From: Cyanidioschyzon merolae
Taxonomy: Eukaryota
Assembly: GCA_000091205.1 (NCBI GenBank)
Contig: AP006485.2
Direction: 5' to 3' (one strand)
DNA: 64,000 bases
This document shows positions 36,701-49,555 of the stretch, piece after piece (the first letter of the stretch is position 1; each line of letters opens with the position of its first letter). A program made the position numbers and the translations under genes. Below the pieces are notes generated by a model. The model was given only the letters and a program-made list of their open reading frames with translations, searched no databases and was not told the origin of the DNA.

Positions 36701-39700
36701 TCACGAGTCCGGATACAGCAGCAGCTTTCGTAGATCCGCATCTACGCATGATGGTGATGATAATGCTTCGACGGCATTGTGGGCGAACGACTGCAAGGCC
36801 AACGTCGCTGCTTCTTCTGTTCCAGATTCGTCGTCATCCCACTGAATAAGCGAATCCGAGTCTGCCGCTGGCACAGTGGCATCGATCGTGGCGCTAATGG
36901 TCGCAGCTACCGGCTCATCGTCCAGCAGCGTCGTTTCGGTGCTCGCTTTCGACGGCTCTGTGGCGATACCGCCGGGATGCGTCTGCGTCCGCACCAAATG
37001 CCGCGCTCGTGGTGATGCCGTCTTACCTGAGCCGAGTCTCCTGAGGCCACGCGCCAGAAGGCGTAGTCCAAGCGCTCCCGCGGTGCGAGCCATGGCGCCT
37101 GCTGCTGGCTGCGCAACAACGCGCTTCCCTGTCTCCACACTGACCCGTTCCGCCGCCGATACCGCGCTGTAGGCTCCGTAGGAGAACCGGCGAGCGGTGC
37201 TGCGTCCCGCCATAAGGTTGCTGTACATCTCCTTGAGGTGCGTAACCGGCGATCTTGTAGCCGTCAATGGTGCACCAATGACGTCGAGGGAGCCCAACAG
37301 CTTGTACCATTGGTTGAGGATACTGCGCGTCCAGCGCGTCCACACCATTGCCGATAACTCATCGGGACTTGCGAGCGCGTGCCGACGCAGCTCCAAACCT
37401 GCCAGCTGGAGACTCGCCTGATCGATGGACGGGATGCTCGCAAAGCGTTCCAACGTAGAGAGGTATGCGGCTCGTGCCAACAGCGATGCAGCCTCGAGCT
37501 GCGCTTCAGAGATCTGTGTTTGCCGTCCGCGTTGGAACGATAAGAGCACCTCCACGGGTGTCAGCTGCAGGTACGCAAGTACCAACCAACTGATGCCTCG
37601 ACTTCCGTCACGTGGTGGCGAGCCAGCACCGGCCTTGGGCATCCAGACAAGGTCGTCGATCGGTGAGCGGCCTGAGCGGTCGCTTGCAGCATCTGCGGTA
37701 TCACCAGATGTCGATTCCGACGCTGCGTCATGGTGCACAGCCCAGTCGTGTGCACAGGCCGTAGCCAAAGCAGCCAGCTGCGCCATCAGTACCGCATCCA
37801 GTTGGAGCTGAACCCCAGCGACCAGAACTCGCAGCGGCGCGCACTCGCGCTCTCCAAAACGCTGACGAAGGACGAGTTCCGCCTCCAAAGCCATGAGTTC
37901 TGCTGACGCTGCGCTCTTGTCTTCACCAGTGGCGGCAGTGGCCCCGCTGTGCAACACCACCGGAAATGGCGTTGTGGGCTCCTCATTGCGCAACTCGATT
38001 CGTTGCAACGACACCTGCACATGGGTGCGTGTGTGCATCCCTACATCCACGTCAGCCGCTAGCTGCAAGTTGTTCAGGAGAATTTGGCATCGGGCACCAC
38101 CGGCAGCCGCAGTAGCGTGCACCTGGATGGCTAGTTCCGGCACCAGCACAAACAGATGAAGGCGCTGGATGCCCACCGGGGCCAGCACCGGCGCCTCCTC
38201 ACCACCGAATGCCTCGGAAATGGGTACCTCAGCAGCGTCCGCTGTCGAGTCGGCCCGGAACACCAACACGCGCTGCGTCGGTGTTGCGCGCATCTGCACC
38301 CAAAGCACCGCGGGAGGTGCCCCAGTGCCCGTTGTATCCGCAACCAGACGACGCTGCCAGGCCTGTTGCTGCAACTCCGGCTGCAGCATGGATCGTTGCG
38401 AGCCTATCCAGGCATCCTCGTTGTCGCTGGCGTTATCGTGAACGTCAGCAGCAGGATCCGGCACCGGCACCGGCACCGGCACCGCCATCGTATCCGGATC
38501 CTCCTCGGAAGCATCCAAGAAGGCCGCCTCCAGACTCGGTAGGAAGAAACATTGCACAGGATCCGCGTCTATGCGCATCACACAGAGCGTATGCTCCGCA
38601 AGCGGCTCACAGAAAGCGAATCCGACGGATGTTCGTGGTGGTGCCCAGGTCAACCGCTGCCGCTGGTCTGCTAACAGCTGCAGCGCCTGAACACGATCCT
38701 TCGCCTGTGTAAAGCAGAGCAGGCCTGGAGTCTCATTCACCAGCCGGAAGGGTACAGCGTTTGCCGGCGTCTTCTGAAACCGTATCACTTGACAACCATT
38801 CCGCTCTAGAAAAGCTTGTACGGTTAGGTATCCGGGTAGGCCGTCAGCGACATCCACCACAAAGCTTCCCGTAATCGCCAACGGCAAGACACCAGACCAA
38901 ACGAGTGGTGTTTCAACGCGCGGTGACGACTCGAGCGACTTGCTGCCTGCAGGCGAGACGCCCGCATCTGTGCAACGTTGTTGCTGTTGTCGCTCGAGCG
39001 GCTTTCGAGCTAGACGAATCTGCAATGCAGCACTATCTGCAGGTGCCTTCTCCCGTGTGATCGCGTTACCCTCGATATCGCGACCTGCGTACACCGGGAA
39101 CAGGAATGGTTGCAGGCCGCCAGGTGCTATCTCCAGCGTGGATGCCGCGTCGTCGGTATCGACTGGCGAGTGCGACCGACGTACCAGGAGCTTGGTGTCC
39201 GTCAACTCATTCACCAGCACCAGCTCGGGACGAAGTGCAAACACACGGGCTCTACCGATGCCACTGGTGTTATCAAAAGTGCTGCGGCGGTTGCGCGGGG
39301 CTTTCACGGGCACCCCCTCCACATCTTCATACCACCGGGCGCGTTCCAGTTGTTCCGCTTCGTAACTGGACGCAAACGAGAGCACCAGAGGTATACCTTG
39401 GAGCCGCAGAAAGTAACCCTGTGCGGTCACCAGCTCCAGACGAACAGGTTCGCGCCACCCAAACAGGCGGCAACAGGGCGTCCGCAGAAATCCCGCCTGT
39501 TGGGGTTCCAGCATCACCGGATGCGGCTGGTATCGCTCGAACTCCGGCATCTGGCCACTTTCCTGGATCTGAACGGTCAATCCAGGTACCATATTGAACA
39601 CAGTATAGACCGCTGTGATCAGTAATGTTGCATTCCGCGTCAAACGCCCAAGATAACAGGACGCTTCGACGTAGCCATAACGGGTATCGAGCAGTTGCGA

Positions 39701-41510
39701 AAAGAGTGCCACTGTGGATGCTGTGGGTGTCTGGCGGAGCGGCTCGACGTGTTCGCGATCACTCAACTGAAAGCGCGCTACAGGTTGACGTTGTTCGAGC
39801 AGCAGCGCCTCCCCGATGCTTGCTGCAAGTTCACAACGACCATCCGCGGGGAAGCGAAAGAGCTCTTGGCGCGAGCGAGGCTCCAGGCACACGATCTGTT
39901 CGTTGATTGTGATCAAGGCCGGAACCGGAAGCAGGTTTCGAAATTCCAGAACCGGTGCTAACCACACCTCCAGGCTGCCGTCTTCGTGGATGTGTCGGGA
40001 TACCCGGAGTACGCGGTTATCGCACCAGTGCACCATGTGAGCGACCGTTACCGCCTCGCCGTACAGTGCTCGCATCGCTGCTGCCTGCACTGAGAAGCTC
40101 TCACACCACACCGTAGCATCTGCGCTGGCAGGGTTCGCACCGGAGTCAGTCAGCGTCTCCTCAAAAGCGACTGCCAGTGCTCTAATATCGGCAAGGGCGC
40201 CAATGCGGATACTCTTCTGTGGCGGTAGCCGATGGAAAGTCTCCAGCACCAGCGACAAATCCCGTCCACTGCTACCTCTACCACCAACACTACTACCACT
40301 ACTACTACTACTACTACGAGTAGTGGTAGTGGTACGAGGCATACGACTGCTCGTCTGCCCTAGACAGCGCAGACGCAGCGTCGTATGCGCACAGGCATTG
40401 TGTACGGTTATAGGCGCCTGAAGGCAGAAGTGCCAGCCCGTTCGGCATCGCGTCACTCGCCAGTGGAGTCGCTCCCACAGCAGCTGTGCTGAGCAAGGAG
40501 GTACGGTTGTGCACTGTTGCGCATCAAGTGGGTGCGCAGATGTCGCTGACAGCTGTGCGACTGTTCTAGCGTCGCCGCTTTTGCTACTGCTGGTACTGCT
40601 GCTTGCAGTTGACGTCACTGCTGCTGCTGACCGTGTCCCTGGCAAAGCTGCAGCGACGCTGGGTCGATTCCCAATGAGCGACCTTGCAGAAGTTTCTGTT
40701 GCTGAAGCCTCACTCGCGACGAGCGCGTCGCCAGCTCGAGTCCAAGAGAACCACGTAGGCGTATCGCCTTCGATGGAGAGCGCTCGAACGCCCAGTTGCA
40801 GCGTCTTCATAGAGGCACTCGAACTCGTGACCTGGGTCGAGCCCTGAGCTCTTGACTGGATCCGCCGGAGCGCGTTTGGTGCCCAGCTGGATTGCACCGG
40901 AAGCACCGCATGCACCGTTCCCGCAGCGACACAGAATCCTGAAGCTCCAAGGCGTGCTGGATGCTCCTCGGGCGTTGTGCTCGTTGCTGGGCGCTCCGGA
41001 GCGCTTTTCTTGCCAGCTGCAGGCGCTGAAGGCATCTGGTGCACCGCATCTGGCCCGTGTGCTTTGTCACCGCTCTTCTGGTTGCCGGATGCCGGCATAA
41101 GCGCACCATTGTTGCTAGGGATGATGATCTCAAGGTCCGCATCCGTCTCATTGGAGAATCGATACGCTCGCTGGTACACTGTCGGCAGATGCGCTCGTCG
41201 ACCGGTGAGATACTCCCAGAGCAGCGCGAGCTCGAGTGCATCCTGCTCGGAGCCTTGAATCCGAACAGGCTCCCGATGCAGCGGACTCAACCATATCCGA
41301 AGCAAGCCAGAGGGTCGATGCTCATGCAGACGCAACTGCAGTCGAAACGGGTGCAACCGTGGCTCATACCGATCCTGTCCACCATCGTAGGCGTCGACGG
41401 CGAACGTGCACTGCGTCTGCAGCTCCTGGTATGTGTCAGTGACCTGATAAACCAAGGCGAGTTGGCTCATGGTCAGCGCCACCAGGGGGAGCACCCCACC
41501 GCTACTGCTA

Positions 41511-41544
<34 letters not shown>

Positions 41545-44500
41545 TTAACGGGCTATCCGTCAGACGCACTAGCACGCCAGCACTCGTCACGCGCACCTGC
41601 AAGGAAACTGCCGTCTCCATGCCGGTCTGGGAAAACGCAGCAGGTGCTGTTTCTGGTGTCATCTCCGCTTTCCGCGCACTTGCATTCGCTTGCCACGGTG
41701 CGCCTAGCAGCAAGACGGTCTCTGGTAGACTGGTTTCGATCGCTTGACCTTGGAGGTTCCAACTCAGAAACTTACCGGTATGTGCATTCATGAGGCAAAA
41801 TCCATCCGGTGAGACAAAGCACGCTCGCCAGATAATCGGTTCACCAACGGAAACACCGGCGTCTGACATGCTCGTAGGTGGAGCGGTGTTATCAGGGTGC
41901 CCTGAAAAGCGCCCCAGGCAACCGATGCGCGGCGTAGAGTCACCAGCACTAGCGCGTGCTGACTCCACCGAGGTCCCTGCGCGTCTCAGAGAGGAGGTGC
42001 TTCGACGCCGCCCAGGAGGTTCAGCTGAAGACCCGGGCACGCCTGCGGGGATCGGGTTTGCCTGGCGTTGAAGAGCACTCGCCTCTGTGGCTGGATACGG
42101 GAGCACAGAGACGGGTCGCAGCACTCCTGAGGGACCTTCGCTATCGTCGGGGCACCAGGCCAGGAGACTAAAGAGCGTCTCGTCATCGGGATCAGTGCGC
42201 TTGACCAGGAACGTGCTGTACGCCGTGCTAGCTGCCGAATAAGGCGGGGCATCGGTGCTCGCCAGCGCCAAAACGTATATGGGTATGGAGGCATCCGCCT
42301 GGAGGACACACGGCAACTGCGTAGCGCTATCCCAGAGCGTGATCAGCGTACCCGGCTGCGGACTCATGCCAGGAGCTGGGCATTTTCTGGGCGAGAACAC
42401 AGGCCGCTGGTTACCAAAGCTGGATCGCTGCTGCTGCTGCTGCTGCTGCTGGCCAGGTACTGCCCTGGACAAGTGACGCTGGGTGCCACTGCGGCGCCGA
42501 TGACTCAGTGCGGAGGGTGCTGGAGCGCCCAGCGCACCCCCCAGCACTGCAGCAAGAGCGTCCCAGAGCAAAGGCACGCTGCTGACCCCGGCTTGCGCAC
42601 TGGACCGCAGGCGAAAGGCGCCCGAACCTGCCGGCATTGCACTGAACGAGCCGGTCCCAGTACCTTCAGCAGCATTCGTATCTGGGACCAGCGTATGCGA
42701 TGCAGGTGTATGCCCCGGTGCTGCTGCTGTACTTGTTACCGCTGTTGCCTCACGATGACCTTTGGGAGCGGACGCGCTGCCGGTACCCGCACCTGCCTCG
42801 TCGCATAGAACATCACCTAACTCTGGATACGCTGGTGCATTGAGCCTCGTCGACCAGCGGTGCAGCCAACTCCGCCACAGGTCCATGTCTTGGCGGCAGA
42901 ATATGGCGTCAAATGCGGAAGTCTGCAGCTCAACCTGCACCGAGAGCAGAGGCGCTCCTCGCGATGCTGCTACTGCCGTATAGTGGCCATGGATGCGCAC
43001 GCCAACAGAGCACGGGGATAGGAGCACAAGCGGCTTATGATCCGCAATGCGTTGACGGACGAATGCCTCGGGAGCATCCGCAGCAAACGAAAGTCTCCAC
43101 TGAATCGGTGCAGTGCCTGCGTACGCCAACCCCAGTGCAGCATCGAGACCAGCTGACGCCAATACAAGCTGAGCTGGCGGATCCGTTGGCGAGCACAGCA
43201 CCACCTTGGTATGGGCACCTCTCCAGTGCATCTCCAGCAGCAGCGAGGTCTCTGTCTTGGTCCACGACACAGAGCGAGGGGCGTCTGCGGGCGACGTTTC
43301 TTGCCACGTCCGCGTGCTCGTAGCAGCAGCAGCATCATCAGCAGCATCATCAGCAGCAGCATCAGCAGCAGCATCAGCAGCATCATCAGCAGCATCAGCA
43401 GCAGCTGTGGCAGCAGTAGCATCAGTGGTACCGGCAGCGGGTGACTTGTTTCCGGGGCATATAGGTTTGCGCGATGAACGCCCGGGAACTTTTTCATCTC
43501 GTTGACTCGCCCGGGAACGTGTTGGCATCTCAGCTCCCGTCGATAACGTGGATACTTTGGGCGATACCGCGACTGCGCCGCGCCCTACACGACGTGCTGC
43601 CTGATGGAGGCTCCACCAGCGCTGCCAGCAAGCTGCGTACTGCCATAAAGCCGCAGTCAAATGCAGCTCGATATCGGATATCTCGATGAGGCAGCCCAGT
43701 CGCACGGATGCCGTCGTCGACGAACTGAAGTGCGTCGAGTAGGAGGAGGAGGCCTCGGCTGTTGCCGCTGCGCTGCCCCAAACACTTCCAGCTGGTGCCG
43801 CATACGCCAGCGCAAGATGCGCAGAGCCACCACAAGGAAGCAGAATAGGAACGCTGGCACACCCGAACAGTGCCGCTGCATCCGCGTCCAGTTCAAGGCT
43901 CATGCTCAGCTGCTGAACAGCAATGTCGTACAGGAGAGGCGGCTGATGCGAAGCAGCCAGGTTCTCGGGCATCGCCCGGCTGCTCGTGCCCGTGCTGGAC
44001 GCTGCAGCACATCCACCTGAGCGATGCTTTAATGCCAACCGCTGTTGAACTCGATCGAGGTCGCTGAAGAGGCGCAACGGGTCGCGCAGCTGGCAGCAAG
44101 TGCCGCTCCGAAGTGAAAGCCTCCCCAGCTGAACCTGCACAGCGAATGCATCCAAGCGGGTGCCACGACGCAGTCGCTCAATGACATGTATCCAACGATG
44201 CCGCGGTGATGTCACCGGTGCCGTTGCCTCGCTACTGGTGGGCGAAGCGCGTTCACGTATAAGCCCCAAGCCCTTGGCTAAGTTAGCAACTACGTAGATG
44301 CGCGGCGCCGACACCATGATATCCAGGTCCAGGGTGCTCGCCGCCTCCAACAGCGTTTCACTATCCGGCAACGCTGCAGCGATCGACGTGCGATACGCAG
44401 CGAACTGTGCCTTGGCTTCCTGCATCCAAACGCGCCAGGGTATGTTCTGTCGTCTGCCAAAGGCAAGTACATGTCGAACGAGTGCCGGCGATAGCAGCAG

Positions 44501-47152
44501 AACCAGCGGCCTGCTGCGTACGCTCATCCGATGTCGCGTTTCAACATGTGAACGCGCTGGTGCCGTCAACGCTGTCGCATCGCCAGACCAACTGGTGTTG
44601 CGTATTGGATGCTGGTGCTCATAGGCGAGGCGCAACAGTGCTCCTGACGATGCGTCGGTGCTTGCGTCGACAAAGACTACTGGATAAAGGTCGTCGTGTA
44701 GGTGCTCACGCGCCTGCACAACAACATCACCCGTTTGTAGCGAGATGCACGTGCGATTGGGTGTCCTCTCCAAAAGCAGATGCAGATGTCGGAGTTGGAT
44801 GTCGGCGAAAGGCCTTCGATCTGAAAGCTGCAGGCTCATCTGGGTATCGTCGATCCGCAATTCGATGCGGAGACCTGCAGCATCTGGTTTCCACTGAATC
44901 TGCTGGAGCGTAGACTCCAAATCGGTGACTTGCTCATCCACGTGCTCCTGTACAAAGCCTTGAAAACGTTCACCGAGCTCCTGCGCCAAGCTAGCCGGCT
45001 CAACGACGATTTTGGATTCCTCGCGCTGCTCCGAGTCTAGCCGAGCAGAGCGCGCATCAGCCTGAGGCTGGTGCTCGGATGGTTGACACAAAGTGTCAGT
45101 AGTTGCGGGCCAAATCCGCTCCACTGCGGTGTGACGCTCTTCGCGAGCAGCAGGAGCAGCAGTCGACCTAGCAGTTGGCGTCGGTATTCCCGATGTGACG
45201 TCCACACCAGACGCTGAATCCTTTGTCGCAGGTGGCGCTGAGCTCCAGCCGAGTGTGGTGGAGATCCAGCCCAGCCAGCCGGTCGACGCTGTGGCCCCAG
45301 TTCGAGCTGTTTCTGCTGTCCCGCTGGCGTCTTCAGCGGAGCCAACGACTGCGGAAACAGCTCGACCTTGATCAACGATGCTGCGTTTGGTGTTCGCTCC
45401 TGGTGTATACTGAGGCCTTTCGGCGTTAGGCTGCAGTGGTGCTCGTCTGCTGGGGTCACGTTCAAGCGCCCTGTGGTATCGTTGTATTGCCAGACTCCGA
45501 AAGTAGCGGATTTCATCGATGCTTAACTGTTGCTCCAGAGCTGCGACTGCCTCTTCCAAGTCCGCTGGATCGTTGGCAAGAGAGAGTGCCAGAGCTTCCC
45601 GTGTACCAGTGGATGCTTGGGTGCGGTCATCAGTTTCCAGTTTCACTCGCGTGTAGAGCGATATGTAGCGTTCTTTGCGTCGATGCCAAGCACCAAGATC
45701 CTCGAGCACGAATGGACGATACAAACTGGATACAAATGCTCGAACACAAAGAAGCGCAAATTTCCAACGGTTTCGCGCCCTACTCGGGTGCTGCTGCTCT
45801 GTCGCCTCTAGGGCCTGGATATCGCGCGGAAGCTCTGCGGATTGCCGCTCCTCCGGAGGAGGCATCCAGTTCAGATATCGTGAGCGATAGCGATTCCCAA
45901 ACATCCACAGATAAGGTTCGGGGGCGTTCATGAGCACCAACAAGTCTGAGCGTCGTCGCCATCCCAACCAGGTTGCGTAGCTCTTCAGTGCCGTCACCGT
46001 CTCTACCTGAGACTGTTGCAGTTGCAAACACCAGCGTTCAACACCGAGACAGAGTGAGACTCTGGTGGTGCTGTCGCTCGTCGACTGGCCAGACGAATCG
46101 TGGGGCGCTTCTGTATCCGTCGCCAAGGTGCTTGGGTACGGTCGCTCTATTCGTAGTCCGACATACCCATAGCTGGGCCTGCACAAAAGAAAGGGTTCCA
46201 TGATCTTCGCGAAACGCTCATAGTGCTCCGACAAAGATTCTCCCGCTAAGGCTGTGAATGCGGCATCCGCTGGCGTCGACTGCGAGCGATGCTGGCTCCT
46301 CATTGGTGTCAGGTAGCAGGCCAGACCATGCACCCGTAACTGTCGATCGAGGATCAAGCGCATCCTGGGTGAGGTCGCGGCCTCATTCTGGGTAGGATGA
46401 TCCAGATGAGGTCGCCATTCATGACGATAATCGGGGTCTGTCGACTTATCAGAAGCAGCGGCATTGCTATCGATCAGGCTGAGTTGCCGGAGCATCAATC
46501 CGCAACTGCTCTTTCGTGTGCCTTGAGACCGCCTCCCTTCGAGCAGGTTTGTTTCCGGTTCGACAGCGATGAAGTCGACATGAATATGCACCCGTTCTAT
46601 CTGCAACTGTAGACGACGAAGCAGAAATGCAGTGGCTCTTCCAGCAAATGTCTGCAGCCAGCCGCCGTCTCGAGCGCCTCCTGTCGAGGCACCGTTGTGC
46701 TTGCTGGACGCAGGCAGCGTCTCTTGCGAGAGCTGCTGCTCTCGTGTCGCAAGTGTCCGAGCCCAAGACTCGAGACTCTGACGCTGCTCCTCGTCGTCTA
46801 GGCGGAGAAGTTCCGCTCGAGTGGTCTGAAACGAGTCAGCGTTGTTACTGGGGGCTTCACCCGGATACCAGCACAGCTCCAGGTACACGTCTGCGATGCT
46901 GATGCTGATGATTCCATTCCACCGCGCTTGGATGGATAGCGTGCCTAGGCCAGCCCGTTGGAGTTGAAGTTCTTTGATTCCGAGATCTTGACGCCAATAG
47001 CGCTCGACCGCACCGGTTTCGAGTTCGAGATCGTGAACCTCAAAGTAGCCCCGCTGCCCTAAAGCGATTAGGACTTGCTCCCGATCTAGTCCACCTCGAA
47101 TAAACGTACCGACCTTGCTCGCAAGAAATCGATACAGCGCTTCTTCGAGCAT
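36701..47152 (-). CDS. VPS13: VPS13/chorein-family bridge-like lipid transfer protein (3483 aa)
   Basis: N-terminal chorein-N motif 'MLEEALYRFLASKVGTFIRGGLDREQVLIALGQRGYFEVHDLELETGA...LGTLSIQARWNGIISISIADVYLEL' matches the VPS13/ATG2 N-terminus. Single uninterrupted 10.4-kb ORF. Low-complexity inserts include poly-Q, (GN)n, (DAA)n, (PV)n. The C-terminal region is consistent with VPS13 ATG-C/PH-like tails. Confidence 0.8.
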
Positions 47153-47199
47153 CGAATTGAGTTGGTGTCAAGCAAGTGATACGTTGCTCGACGAGTAAC

Positions 47200-47850
47200 A
47201 GAACCGGACGACGGCCACGCACCAAACGCCGTTCTGAAGCAAAACGTTGTCGCCGTCAGCGGTGGACAGTTGTGGCGAGAAACTCGCTATGGACAAGACG
47301 TCCCCAACTGACGTGCAGACGCCTCCCCGCCGGTTTGGACCGGCCACCCACAACTGATTCCAACTTTTTTTTTTAATATAGTTCCACTTTGAGCGGTTGT
47401 CCCTTAAAATTCTCTCTTGTCCACTCTGGAGGTCTTCTCTCCAGCACCGCACATCTCCTCATATTGATTGCTGCGTTCAGGTCTCGGTTCACGAACTCCA
47501 TACGTCCACTGCCTCTTGCTAAACTCATCATTGCGAGCAGTCCTGGCACTCGCGCCTTCTGTTCCACGACAGTCTTGTCACCTTCTTCTTCTGCTTGGTT
47601 CATTGCTGGTCTTCTCTCGATGGTCGACGAGAAGAGAAATTTTTCTATTTTCACCGGTACCTGGCAATGGCGGCCCTCCAGAATCCCAGACTTCCGTCTT
47701 CACACCTCTCCCTCGGTGTTTTTCCTCAAATAAACGCAATTCGACCACGTCTGCTATCAACTCGCGAGAGAGAATTTGACTACACGCACCTGGGGGTATC
47801 ACGCAATTGAGCTGAGAGATTATACCAAGCGAAAACACTCCGACACGATC
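47200..47850 (-). mobile_element. Fragment (copy C) of the Fanzor/TnpB-like element family: 3' end only, retains the RuvC-III motif
   Basis: ORF 47373..47654 (-) encodes '...MEFVNRDLNAAINMRRCAVLE...' (RuvC-III). Shares the invariant block 'ccaactgacgtgcagacgcctccccg' and 'ggaccggccacc' with copies A, B and D. About 80% identical to copy A over ~450-650 bp. Lies immediately upstream of the VPS13 start codon. Confidence 0.55.
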
Positions 47851-48222
47851 GATGCGCTATGACGTCAGATCATCCGCTGGAAACGACGACTACATATGAG
47901 CGCGCGCTGTACGACGAGTCTACCATCATCAACAGCGGTAATATTCAGATCACTTTGGCGGTGTATCTGTGCATTGTGGCAGCTTTACAGTCCAAGGCCG
48001 CGCGTGAAAGCGTCTCTTGTGATCCTCGATCTGAGGCAACGTATGCGTCATGTGCATGAATCGAGCGGCGATTTCCATTCAAGGCTACTCCAAACCCTAA
48101 TTCCAGCTTGCGATCATGAAAAGCCTCCGCAAAGTGTTCGCAAGCTCAAAGACTGTCGTTTCCGCTAAGATTCGGCTCGTGCACGGCTGAGTCGTCATCA
48201 TTCTGAATCGTATTTTCGGCGG

Positions 48223-49431
48223 CTACCGCTCACGCTCAACTGATTCCAGCATTTCCGACACATATCGCCACACCGTGTTCGGATCCTGGTCGTGCGGGCA
48301 ATGACCGACAGCTTTCAGAGCAACAAATCGATCCACATGTGGATTGCGTGCAAACAGCTCTCGTCCGAGGGCGAAAGGTTCCCACGGATCACGCTCTCCC
48401 CAGAGGACCCAGATTGCGGGCGGATCTTTTCGAGCAGTTGCAGCCATCTGTGCAATGCTTTCGACGAGCTCCTCTGCCAGCGGGCCGCGATCATACGACG
48501 TGAACGCTAGAAATACATCCAGAGCACCGGGGCGCCTGCTTGGGGCCCGAATCCGCTCTACGAGCTCGGTACTGATGATCTGGTCCGCCTCAGGGCCATC
48601 AACAGCGTAGGCTGAGCAGAGTAACCTGCGGAGCGTCGCTGGCCGAGATACCAGAGAGAAGAAAAACTTCGCCACGGGACGAAATCCCAATACGCGCAAC
48701 GCTAATGGAGTCGTCCAGACGCGCAGACCCCGTCGTTTCTTATAGTGCAGCTGGCGAAGAGACGGATTCAGACACATAACTGCCCGAATACGCGTGCCCT
48801 GCATACCAGGATGCTCTACTGACTGGCGCAGCATGTCGCAAGCAGCTTGAAGTGCGGCAACACAACCGATTGAATTTGCAACGAGAACAACATCACGCTG
48901 TTGCGAAATCCCGGTATCTGACGCGGTCACCACAACAGTATTGATGAAATGAAGGATCTGCTGTGCCCAGCTTTCAAACGTGTACGAAAATGTCGGAGAG
49001 CCAACTTTGCCGTCGCCTTGCGTCGTGAACAGCGGTGGTGGCATATCAGCATCACCAAAGCCCAGCAAATCCAGCGCATACGCGTCGTAGCCCGCCTCCG
49101 AAATGATGTTGAGCATCTTCTGCCAGTGAAATGCCCCAGCACCGAAACCGTGAATGCATATCACAGCAGGCCTTGCCGGTGACGCCGGCGGAGCTGCAGG
49201 TTTCGCCCAGTACGTACAACGGAATCTTTCAAACAAGTAATCTTCTTGCCGAAAACCTGGCGGCAACGGTAGGAGCGGTTGAACACTCCTTAAACATTCC
49301 TCGAAAACACCACCTACATTCGTAGTGGGGTCAGCGCTCAAAGTAGAGTCGAAGTCACGACGGCCCGTTGCTCTCAGAGCGCTGTTCACCGAGTGCCCGT
49401 TTCCTTCATTTACGTCAGCCTTAACACCCAT
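48223..49431 (-). CDS. Alpha/beta-hydrolase fold protein (~402 aa)
   Basis: 'VICIHGFGAGAFHWQKM' (HGxG oxyanion region), 'GHCPHDQDP' (His of the triad near the C-terminus) and 'LVANSIGC' (nucleophile elbow GxSxG-like). The six-frame ORF extends to 49851, but its first 140 codons lie in the repeat element, so the start is set at Met141 (codon 49429-49431). Confidence 0.65.
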   Translation of the reverse strand: MGVKADVNEGNGHSVNSALRATGRRDFDSTLSADPTTNVGGVFEECLRSVQPLLPLPPGFRQEDYLFERFRCTYWAKPAAPPASPARPAVICIHGFGAGAFHWQKMLNIISEAGYDAYALDLLGFGDADMPPPLFTTQGDGKVGSPTFSYTFESWAQQILHFINTVVVTASDTGISQQRDVVLVANSIGCVAALQAACDMLRQSVEHPGMQGTRIRAVMCLNPSLRQLHYKKRRGLRVWTTPLALRVLGFRPVAKFFFSLVSRPATLRRLLCSAYAVDGPEADQIISTELVERIRAPSRRPGALDVFLAFTSYDRGPLAEELVESIAQMAATARKDPPAIWVLWGERDPWEPFALGRELFARNPHVDRFVALKAVGHCPHDQDPNTVWRYVSEMLESVERER

Positions 49432-49555
49432 AACGGCTCCAGTGCCTCCAGGCCGAGGGAGCTGACGCCTTCTAGCACTCAAGAGCGAGCGTCGCGGCCG
49501 TTCGTTACTTTTCGAGTGAAGCAGCACCGGTGCCAGGCGACAATGACCGAAGCGC

